Source: an uncultured Hyphomicrobiales bacterium (lineage in GTDB: Bacteria; Pseudomonadota; Alphaproteobacteria; Rhizobiales; Xanthobacteraceae). Taken from it: a DNA stretch of 31,967 nt. The notes below the pieces were generated by a model. That model worked only from the letters and a program-made list of their open reading frames with translations. It ran no database searches and was not told where the DNA came from. Positions 8,850 to 16,285 of the stretch are shown here, in pieces. How positions within the stretch are numbered: the stretch's first letter is position 1; each line of letters opens with the position of its first letter. The stretch is from assembly GCA_964449645.1 (NCBI GenBank), contig CAYVBN010000353.1:1-31967 (forward strand). Reading direction: 5' to 3'. The translations under genes and the position numbers were made by a program.

Positions 8850-9394
8850 TGCGCGAACACTTTGCCGCCGGTCAGCAGCGGAGAGAGGATGAAGGTGACC
8901 GGCGCCTGCGTGGCGACGGCCTGCTTGATCGAGCGGTCGACGATGAAGGCAAGCTCGTCATGCCGCGTGATCGTGTGGTGCTCGACAGCAAGCGCGGCAA
9001 GCACGGGCCGCATCGTGCGGCAGACGAGCGCCTGGCCGAGGTTGAACTCGCCGAGCGTGCCGCGCTCGGACACGAACATGAGAAGCGGGATCTGGTAAGG
9101 CACGGCGAGCGAGGCGAGCGCGTTCGGAATGGTGCCGAAGCCGCTCGTCTGCATCAGCATGGCGCCGAGCCGCCCGCCCATCCAGGCGCCGGTGAGGATT
9201 CCCACGGCCTCCTCCTCGCGCGCGGCCGGGAAGGTCGTGAAATAGGCGTCCGCGTGCAGCGCCTCGATCAGAGGCGTGAACACGCGGTCCGGCACGTAGA
9301 CCACGAGATCGATCTTGTTCTCTCGCAGCGTCTCCAGCACCACGCGGTGCCAGGGCGTTTCATCCGGCGCGTTCATCAAGTCCTCGGCGGCCAT
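8846..9394 (-). CDS. Sulfopyruvate/phosphonopyruvate decarboxylase alpha-like subunit (ComD-like)
   Basis: VVYVPD, AREEEAVGILTGAWMGG, MQTSGFG and PLLMFVSERG motifs. Alternative start 9376. Confidence 0.85.
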   Translation of the reverse strand: MAAEDLMNAPDETPWHRVVLETLRENKIDLVVYVPDRVFTPLIEALHADAYFTTFPAAREEEAVGILTGAWMGGRLGAMLMQTSGFGTIPNALASLAVPYQIPLLMFVSERGTLGEFNLGQALVCRTMRPVLAALAVEHHTITRHDELAFIVDRSIKQAVATQAPVTFILSPLLTGGKVFAQ

Positions 9395-9427
9395 TTCACC
9401 CCTGATCGCCGTGCATGTCGACGACCA

Positions 9428-10780
9428 TTATGCAGGCTCCGCCTTCGTTTCCGGCGGCACCGGGCAGAGCAGAGCATGCAGGATGACGAGGGTAAGGCCG
9501 CCGGAGATGACCGGCTGCTCGACCACCAGCCGCAGCATGAGCGGCATCGCCTCCAGCACGTCGGGCCGGATGAACAGCCCGCCAAGCCCGATCAGCAGCG
9601 CGAAACCGGCCACGATGTACTTGCGGTCGTCCCAATCGACCTTCGCCAGGATGTGCACGCCGTGCATGAAGACGATGCCGAACAGCAGCGTGGCGGCGGC
9701 GGACAGCACCGGCAGCGGCACGAGCACCAGCAGCATGTCGAACTTGACGCAACCGCCGAGCACGATCAGCAGCACGCCCGCGGCGAGCGTGGCATAGCGC
9801 GAGGCGACCCGCGTCGCGCGCAGCATGCCGATGTTGTCCGGATAGACGATCGTGCTGAAGCCGCCGACGATGCCGGCAAGCACGGACCCGAGCCCGACCG
9901 CGAACACACCCTGCGACATCCGCCCCGACGAGAGCTTCTCGCCGCCCCAGTCGGCGACCATCTGATACAGGGCCATCGAACCGAACCCGGCGGGAATGAG
10001 CACCAGAAGAAACACGATCACCAGATCGGCCTCGACGCCGAAGCCGAACGGGAACCAGCGCGGGGTGACGATCAGCGGGGCCTGGGCAATGGCGCCGAAG
10101 GAGATCGGTCGGAACACCGCATAGCAGATCGTGCCGGCCGCAAGGCCGAGCAGGATCGCCGCACGGCGCAGAATGCGGCCGCCCCATAGCGTGACGATGA
10201 TCAGCACGGCCACCGCAAGCGCGCCCGCCCCCAGATTGACGACCGGGAATCCGGGACTCTGGCGCAGGCCGATCCAGTTCGGCAGCGCCACGTTCGCAAT
10301 CTGGATCATGACGAACATCACGATCATTCCGGAGATGATCGGCGCGCGCAGATAGCGGGCGAACAGGCCGATGATGCTCCAGCCGCGGATCGGAACAGTC
10401 AGCACGCACCAGATGATCGAAGCGACGAAGAACGACCCGTAGGCGAAGCCGAGCCCGCCCGACTGCAGATGACCAACCGCCAGCAGGGCGGCGAAACTGC
10501 CCGCATAGGGACCTTGCACGATCGGCAGCCTCAGCAGGAAGGCCGACTGGAGAATCGTAATGATGCCGCAGACCGCGAAGGTCATCCCGTACAGATAAGC
10601 GATCTGCTCGGCCGGCAGGTTGAACGCGCGGCCGAGAAGGCCCGGAAACACGAACATTCCGGTCATGCCGAAGATGTTCTGAAGCCCCAGCACGAGAAGC
10701 TGTCCAGGCGGCAGGCGATCGTTGATTCCGACGTCGAAAATGGCCGGCGAATCAGCCTGCCTTGTCGCCTCGGCGTTCAT
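9428..10780 (-). CDS. NCS2/uracil-xanthine permease family transporter with a divergent substrate site
   Basis: ATG 10780 with a GGAGG SD. About 14 hydrophobic segments, LGLQN and PDNIGMLRATRVASR (NCS2 signature-like). Confidence 0.85.
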   Translation of the reverse strand: MNAEATRQADSPAIFDVGINDRLPPGQLLVLGLQNIFGMTGMFVFPGLLGRAFNLPAEQIAYLYGMTFAVCGIITILQSAFLLRLPIVQGPYAGSFAALLAVGHLQSGGLGFAYGSFFVASIIWCVLTVPIRGWSIIGLFARYLRAPIISGMIVMFVMIQIANVALPNWIGLRQSPGFPVVNLGAGALAVAVLIIVTLWGGRILRRAAILLGLAAGTICYAVFRPISFGAIAQAPLIVTPRWFPFGFGVEADLVIVFLLVLIPAGFGSMALYQMVADWGGEKLSSGRMSQGVFAVGLGSVLAGIVGGFSTIVYPDNIGMLRATRVASRYATLAAGVLLIVLGGCVKFDMLLVLVPLPVLSAAATLLFGIVFMHGVHILAKVDWDDRKYIVAGFALLIGLGGLFIRPDVLEAMPLMLRLVVEQPVISGGLTLVILHALLCPVPPETKAEPA

Positions 10781-10817
10781 GAGATCCTCCTGGTTGTTGT
10801 TCGTTTCCCTCACGCCC

Positions 10818-10839
10818 CTTCGTTGCTTATGCAACGAAG
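10818..10839. promoter_or_regulatory. Perfect palindrome upstream of the NCS2-comDE-like operon; candidate operator
   Basis: CTTCGTTGC-ttat-GCAACGAAG, 38-59 nt upstream of the ATG. Confidence 0.45.
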
Positions 10840-10852
10840 CAGCGCGTCAACG

Positions 10853-10947
10853 CTAGTGTCCCGGTTCCGAAGTTCGCAAGACCTTGCAAAAGGCTCCGAT
10901 GCGAACTTTGTCTGAATCGGTGTCCCCATTTTTGGATCATGCTCTAG
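10853..10947. repeat. CTAG-bounded composite palindromic repeat
   Basis: Begins at CTAG (10853) and ends at CTAG (10944-47). Internal IR AAGTTCGCA (10870-78)/TGCGAACTT (10899-907), with a 3' GATCATGCTCTAG end typical of Rhizobiales CTAGAGCAT-type repeats. Confidence 0.65.
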
Positions 10948-11793
10948 GTCGTGTGGACACTTATCGTGTCCATAGCACGATAGCTGCGAGAGTGACGACT
11001 GCGCGGTAATTTCGGGCGGTCTTTTCGAAGCGGGTTGCAACGCGTCGGAACTGCTTGAGCTTACTGAAACAGCATTCCACCAGATGTCGCTGGGCGTAGA
11101 GATGCTTGTCGAGCGGATATTTGAGCGCCCGTGACGGGTTGTTGGGAATCACGGCCAACGCTCCCTTGGCGGCGATGGCTTGCCGCAGGTGGTCCGCGTC
11201 ATAGGCTGTATCGGCCATGACGACCTCGGCGGGCAGTTCCTCGATCAGGGCTGCAGCTTGTGGTGCATCACCCTTCTGACCCGCGGTCAGTATGAACCGC
11301 ACGGGGCATCCCAAGCCTCGAACGGCCATGTGGATCTTGGTGCTCAGGCCGCCGCGCGAACGGCCGATGGCTTGATCTTCAGACCCCCTTTTTTAGCCCC
11401 GGCAGCGGGCTGATGGGCGCGGACGATGGTGGAATCAACGATCAGATATTCGAAGTCCGGATCATCGGACATCGCCTCGAAGATGCGCCACCAAACACCT
11501 TTGGTGCTCCAGCGACTGAAGCGCCGGAAAACGCTGTTCCAATCGCCAAACACCACGGGAAGATCACGCCAGGGCGCGCCCGTCCGCACAATCCATAGGA
11601 CGCCCTCCACGAACATTCGGTTGTCGCGTCCAGTTGATCCCCTTTGGTCGGGCCGGCCGATGATCAGCGGTGCCATCCGATCCCACGCCGCGTCGCTCAA
11701 AACCAAACGGTCCATCACACCCAAGACTGCCTCCCAAAACGCAGTCTTGAATCTGATTTGCCGCTTCAAGGGAATCCCAAGTGTCCACACGAC
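10948..11793 (-). mobile_element. IS5-family insertion sequence (IS427-group-like), 846 bp
   Basis: Perfect 15-bp terminal IRs GTCGTGTGGACACTT (10948-62)/AAGTGTCCACACGAC (11779-93), flanked by CTAG on both sides (10944-47, 11794-97). An alternative reading is 10947-11794 with a TA duplication. Confidence 0.92.
10961..11715 (-). CDS. IS5-family transposase, split orfA/orfB joined by a -1 frame change
   Basis: orfA is MDRLVLSDAAW...WIVRTGAPWRDLP...IVDSTIVRAH. orfB is GRSRGGLSTKIH...MADTAYD...RHLVECCFSKLKQFRRVATRFEK. A6G5 run at the junction (+ strand 11384-11394). Confidence 0.9.
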
Positions 11794-12159
11794 CTAGACC
11801 TCGTTCCGGAACACGAAGCCCCGCGGCCCGCGGTAGAAGCGGCCGGTCAGGGTCCGCCGCAAGGTCCCGGTCACCACGCCGATCTCGACCGAAAAGGCGC
11901 ACACGTGGGCTCTGCCGGGCCGGTCGTGCCGGCAGTCGAATTTGCGCAGTGAGTGTATCTCGAAGCGGTCGGTGCCGGCCTGGCGAACCCGCTCGACGGC
12001 TTCGGCGCCTCCGGTCTCGGCCAGGAAATCGAGCGCGCTCCGAACTCCGTCAGCCAGTGCGGCGGCGAAGGCCCCGCTCATCTCGCGCTCGCTCGGCTCG
12101 TCGGTGGTGACGCCGGTCACCAGACCCAAAAGCACGACCGGCACCACCATCGCGCGCAT
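11794..12159 (-). CDS. Hypothetical exported protein (121 aa)
   Basis: N-terminal hydrophobic stretch and two Cys. Its TAG stop coincides with the IS-flanking CTAG. Confidence 0.65.
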   Translation of the reverse strand: MRAMVVPVVLLGLVTGVTTDEPSEREMSGAFAAALADGVRSALDFLAETGGAEAVERVRQAGTDRFEIHSLRKFDCRHDRPGRAHVCAFSVEIGVVTGTLRRTLTGRFYRGPRGFVFRNEV

Positions 12160-12374
12160 TTCAGCCCCAAAACGCTATTCCGGCAGAGGTGCAATGATGC
12201 CACAGGGGAATTTCCGCCTCGCTGAGCCGATCACTCGCATTTTAGCGATCCCGGAAAGCCTGCTCCGATCTCGGGCACGCGTCCCGAGCACAAAATACCG
12301 AACCATCTGTGGGTTGCCCGGAACCTGGTTCGAGGTTCGCCATCAATGATATAAGGCGAATTCGGAGGCATACG

Positions 12375-12758
12375 GTGCCCGACCGAGGCAAGAAGCGAGG
12401 CTGGAGCCCATTGCGGCGCATCACCGCCTGGGTCGTTGCCTATGCGCTTGTCCTCCACGCCATCCTCGGACTGGCGCCGCTCCACCACGAGGGCGGCCAC
12501 GCCCTCGCAACGGAGTTCTGCGCGGGCACCAGCGGACCCGGCACATCCGGCCACAGCGGCCAGTCGGGGCATTCCGGAAGCTGCTGCGACCTTTGCCTCG
12601 CCTGCGGTTGCGCGGCGTTCGTCGCTCCCGATGCTGTTCGTGCTACATCCGAGCCTTCGGACCCGGATCGCATTCGATGGTCGTCTCTGCATGACGTCGG
12701 GCGGTATCTCCCCGGACTGTTCAAGGAACAAGCCCGAGCACCTCCGCTGACGGCCTGA
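12375..12758 (+). CDS. DUF2946-family leader protein (CruR/CutF-like) with C-terminal RAPP motif
   Basis: GTG 12375 with GGAGG at 12364-68. Basic N-terminus, TM segment ITAWVVAYALVLHAILGL, EFC, CCDLCLACGC, and the end QARAPPLTA. Confidence 0.85.
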   Translation: MPDRGKKRGWSPLRRITAWVVAYALVLHAILGLAPLHHEGGHALATEFCAGTSGPGTSGHSGQSGHSGSCCDLCLACGCAAFVAPDAVRATSEPSDPDRIRWSSLHDVGRYLPGLFKEQARAPPLTA

Positions 12759-12810
12759 CATCGGCGGCTCGCCCGCCCCATTCGCCGTCTCACGCCATCG
12801 GCAGCGGAGG
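12741..12810 (+). promoter_or_regulatory. Predicted SD-sequestering mRNA structure between the DUF2946 leader and the next gene
   Basis: CCTCCGCTG (12741-49; the Pro-Pro-Leu codons) is the exact reverse complement of CAGCGGAGG (12802-10), which contains the SD of ATG 12816. Confidence 0.7.
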
Positions 12811-12815
12811 ACTTC

Positions 12816-13805
12816 ATGTCCATTCGTACGCTCCGCGCAGTCCTGCCGGGACTTGCGCTGATACTGGTTCCAAGCGGAATCCAAGCCCACGAGATCGTGG
12901 GCAAGAGATTCTTTCCGGCCACGCTCGCGATCGACGATCCCGGGGTCAACGACGAACTCGCCTTCCCGACCATCTCCGTCTTCAAGAACGAGGACGATCC
13001 TTCGGCTCGCGAGTTGGACGTCTCGGGAGAGTTCTCGAAACGCATCACCGAAGACTTCGCGGTTTCGTTCGAGCCCACCTGGACTCACCTCCGCGCTCCG
13101 GGCGGGCCGAACGGGACCGACGCATCGGGCTTCCAGAATCTCGAAACGACCTTCAAGTATCGCCTTTATAAAAATCCGACGCACGAGTTCGTGCTTTCGG
13201 CCGGCCTCAACGTCGAGTGGGGCGGCAGCGGCGCTCAGCAGGTCGGAGCCGAAAGCTTCACCACCTACACGCCAACGGTCTTTTTCGGCAAAGGCCTCGG
13301 CGACCTGCCGGAGACGCTGAACTGGGCCCGCCCGTTCGCGATCACCGGTCAGGTCGGCTATGCGATCCCGGGATCGAGATCGAGCACCACGTTCGATCCC
13401 GACACGGGCGATCTCGACTTCGAGCAGCACCCCGATGTCCTGGTCTGGGGCGCATCGCTCCAGTACAGCCTGCCCTATCTGAACGCCTCGGTGGTCGATC
13501 TCGGGCTGCCGGACTTCGTCAATCGGCTGATCCCGATCGTCGAGGTTGCGCTGCAGACGCCTGTCGCCAACACTTTGACCTCGGGCACGCTCACCACCGG
13601 AACGGTCAATCCCGGCGTGCTCTGGGTCGGCGACACTTACCAGGTCGGGCTCGAAGCGATGATCCCGATCAACCGGGCGAGCGGGACCAGCGTAGGCGCC
13701 ATCGCCCAGATCCATTTTTATCTCGACGACATCTTCCCCCATTCGATCGGCCGGCCGATCTTCGCCGTGTCCGACAGCACAGGGAGGCCGAGCTTCGGCA
13801 ACTGA
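12816..13805 (+). CDS. Uncharacterised exported protein, probable outer-membrane beta-barrel with mature N-terminal His
   Basis: Signal peptide ending GIQA|HEIVG. Alternating amphipathic strands such as LDVSGEFSKRIT, FAVSFEPTWTH, LETTFKYRLY, VWGASLQYS and YQVGLEAMIP. Confidence 0.7.
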   Translation: MSIRTLRAVLPGLALILVPSGIQAHEIVGKRFFPATLAIDDPGVNDELAFPTISVFKNEDDPSARELDVSGEFSKRITEDFAVSFEPTWTHLRAPGGPNGTDASGFQNLETTFKYRLYKNPTHEFVLSAGLNVEWGGSGAQQVGAESFTTYTPTVFFGKGLGDLPETLNWARPFAITGQVGYAIPGSRSSTTFDPDTGDLDFEQHPDVLVWGASLQYSLPYLNASVVDLGLPDFVNRLIPIVEVALQTPVANTLTSGTLTTGTVNPGVLWVGDTYQVGLEAMIPINRASGTSVGAIAQIHFYLDDIFPHSIGRPIFAVSDSTGRPSFGN

Positions 13806-13807
13806 CC

Positions 13808-14164
13808 ATGCGCATCACCACTCTCGTCATCGCAACCGTCGCGACCCTGCAGTTGGGAATGGCGGCCGCAAGCGCGCACGCGCATCTCGAGCGCGCCGAA
13901 CCGGCGGTCGGAAGCTCGGTGAAGACTCCTCCGCGCGAGGTCTCGATCCGGTTCACCCAGAAGCTCGAGCCGTCGTTCAGCACGATCGAGGTGACCGACG
14001 CGTCCGGAAAGCGCGTCGACAATGGCCGTGCCCGGATCACCGGCAACACCATGCAGGTCCCGCTCCAGCCGATCGGCGCAGGCACGTATCGGGTGAAGTG
14101 GCACGCCCTCTCGGTCGACAGCCACACCACCGAGGGCGATTTCACGTTCCGCGTCGGCCAATAA
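13808..14164 (+). CDS. copC: Periplasmic copper-binding protein CopC
   Basis: Signal peptide ending ASA|HAHLERAEP, then F...LEP and YRVKWHALSVDSHTTEGDFTFRV. Confidence 0.93.
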   Translation: MRITTLVIATVATLQLGMAAASAHAHLERAEPAVGSSVKTPPREVSIRFTQKLEPSFSTIEVTDASGKRVDNGRARITGNTMQVPLQPIGAGTYRVKWHALSVDSHTTEGDFTFRVGQ

Positions 14165-14195
14165 GCCACCCGCGCGGCAGTCCTCGAGACCACCC

Positions 14196-16151
14196 ATGGA
14201 CAACTTCCCGCTGATCGCCGTGCGCGCGGTCCACTTCGCCGCCACGGCGGTCAGCGGGGGCGTGGTGCTGTTCCTGGTGGCGGTCCTCCGGCCGGCTCTG
14301 GCCGAAACGCGAGAGGCCGAAGCCGACGCGGCAGAGTTTCACGCACGCTGCATCCGGCTTGCCTCTGGGAGCGTCGCGGTCGTTCTGGTGACGGCTCTCC
14401 TCTGGGCCATGCTGGAAGCCGCCGCCATGAGCGGCGAAAGCTTCGGTGCGGCGCTCAGGACCGGATTGCTCTGGACCGTATTGGGGCAGACGACGTTCGG
14501 CCTCTCCACCGATGTCCGGTTCGGTTTGGCCCTGCTGCTCGCCATCAGCCTGGCGCTGACCGGCGCGCACCGCGGCATGCTGTGGCTCGGCCTTGCGGCT
14601 GCCGCCGGCCTGCTCGGCGGGCTTGCCTGGACCGGCCATGCGGCGGCCACGGAGGGGTGGACCGGGACGCTGCACCGGGTTGCCGATGTCCTCCACCTTC
14701 TCGCCGCAGGCGCGTGGATCGGAAGCCTCGTTCCGCTGGCCATGGTCCTGACGATCGCCCGCCGGCGCGCCGATAGCCGCTGGGCCGCGATCGCGCGTGG
14801 CGCCACGGCCCGGTTCTCCACGATCGGCGTCATCAGCGTCGGCACGCTGCTCGCGACGGGAATCGTCAACACGTGGATCCTTTCCGGCACGCTGCCGGCG
14901 CTCTTCGGAACCGGTTACGGACACCTGCTGCTGATCAAGATCGGCCTGTTCGCCGCCATGGTGACGCTCGCGGCGGTCAACCGGCTGCGGCTGACGCCGC
15001 ACCTTGCCGATCCGCAAGGCAGCACATCGTGGCGGCACGCGTCGCACCGGTTGACGCGCAACGCCATCGCGGAGACCGCCTTGGGGCTGGCGATCTTCGC
15101 CGTGGTCGGCGCGCTGGGAATTCTCGTTCCCGGACTGCACGACCAGCCGACCTGGCCGTTTCCATATCGCCTCGCCGGCCAGTTCGCGGGCGATCCCGCG
15201 CTCGACGGCACGACGCTCCTCGCGCTGGGTGTGACCCTCGTGGGCATTTGTCTCATCGTCGGCGGCCTGTTCTGGCGCGAGATGCGCTGGCCGATGCTGA
15301 TCGGGGGCGCCGTGCTGGCCGCCAATTTCGGGACAGGCCTCGGCAGCCTGTTTGTGGAAGCATATCCGACGACCTTCTATGCCTCGCCCACCGGATATGC
15401 CGCCTCGTCGATCGCGCACGGCCGGGATCTGTTCGCCGAGCATTGCGTGGCGTGCCACGGCGTCGGCGGCCGGGGCGACGGTCCGGCCGCCGCCAACATG
15501 GCCATCAAGCCGGCCGACCTCGTTGCCGACCACGTCTACGCCCACACCGACGGCGACCTGTTCTGGTGGATCGGTCACGGCATCGGCACGGCCATGCCGG
15601 GCTTTGCCGCAGTGCTCGACGACGACGCCCGCTGGAATCTGGTCGATTTCATTCACGCGAATGCGGATGCGGCGCACCTGAAAGCGGCGGCCGGAACGGT
15701 CAGCGCGAACGGATATCCGGCCCCGACCTTCTCGGCCGACTGTCCCGATGGGTCGTCGATCTCGATCGAGGACCTGCACGGCCAGATCGTGCATGTGGCG
15801 GTGGGCGTCTTCTCACCGGACCTGATCAATGCCTTCGCGGAGCGCAGCCGCGCGGCCAGAACGGCGGCGATCCTGATCGCCCGTGATCCGCCGGCCGAAC
15901 TGCCTGCCGCGGTTTGCGCCGCCACGGACGAGAATGTCGTCCGCGTATTCGACCTCTACAGAACGATCGGCGCGGCGCCGGAGCGGACAACCGAGTTGCT
16001 GATCGACACCGGCGGATCGCTGCGCGCCCTGTGGTTCAGGGGCGTCCGCCCCGATTGGGCGAATCCTCCTGCTTTCGCACAGGTGGTCGAAACGCTCCGC
16101 GCAACGCCCGCGCAGCCGCGCAGCACCGGCGGCCATGCTCATCATCACTGA
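14196..16151 (+). CDS. copD: CopD-family inner-membrane protein fused to a cytochrome c domain and a redoxin-like domain
   Basis: RAVHF, LAWTGHAA, DVLHLLAAGAWIGSL, RFS, YGHLLLIK and AAVNR (CopD). CVACH (15444-58) plus AMPGF (cytochrome c). PAPTFS...ISIEDLHGQIVHV (redoxin-like). The protein ends HAHHH. Confidence 0.88.
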   Translation: MDNFPLIAVRAVHFAATAVSGGVVLFLVAVLRPALAETREAEADAAEFHARCIRLASGSVAVVLVTALLWAMLEAAAMSGESFGAALRTGLLWTVLGQTTFGLSTDVRFGLALLLAISLALTGAHRGMLWLGLAAAAGLLGGLAWTGHAAATEGWTGTLHRVADVLHLLAAGAWIGSLVPLAMVLTIARRRADSRWAAIARGATARFSTIGVISVGTLLATGIVNTWILSGTLPALFGTGYGHLLLIKIGLFAAMVTLAAVNRLRLTPHLADPQGSTSWRHASHRLTRNAIAETALGLAIFAVVGALGILVPGLHDQPTWPFPYRLAGQFAGDPALDGTTLLALGVTLVGICLIVGGLFWREMRWPMLIGGAVLAANFGTGLGSLFVEAYPTTFYASPTGYAASSIAHGRDLFAEHCVACHGVGGRGDGPAAANMAIKPADLVADHVYAHTDGDLFWWIGHGIGTAMPGFAAVLDDDARWNLVDFIHANADAAHLKAAAGTVSANGYPAPTFSADCPDGSSISIEDLHGQIVHVAVGVFSPDLINAFAERSRAARTAAILIARDPPAELPAAVCAATDENVVRVFDLYRTIGAAPERTTELLIDTGGSLRALWFRGVRPDWANPPAFAQVVETLRATPAQPRSTGGHAHHH

Positions 16152-16285
16152 CGACCGATCGCTCGAGCGAATGCGGCTCGGGGACCGTTGACCTCTTGCC
16201 TGCATCGCCCGCTTGATCCGCGGCCTACAAACCGCCGATAAACCGCGCTCGGGCGCGTTCCGGCGCCCACCGGACGAGGATCTCC

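Noticed and set aside
12309-12374. Track start of the first DUF2946 ORF at 12309, and the GAACCT-N6-AGGTTC inverted repeat as a CueR box
   Set aside because: GTG 12375 has a proper GGAGG SD. The 6-bp IR does not match the CueR spacing or consensus and has no flanking 19-bp-spacer promoter.
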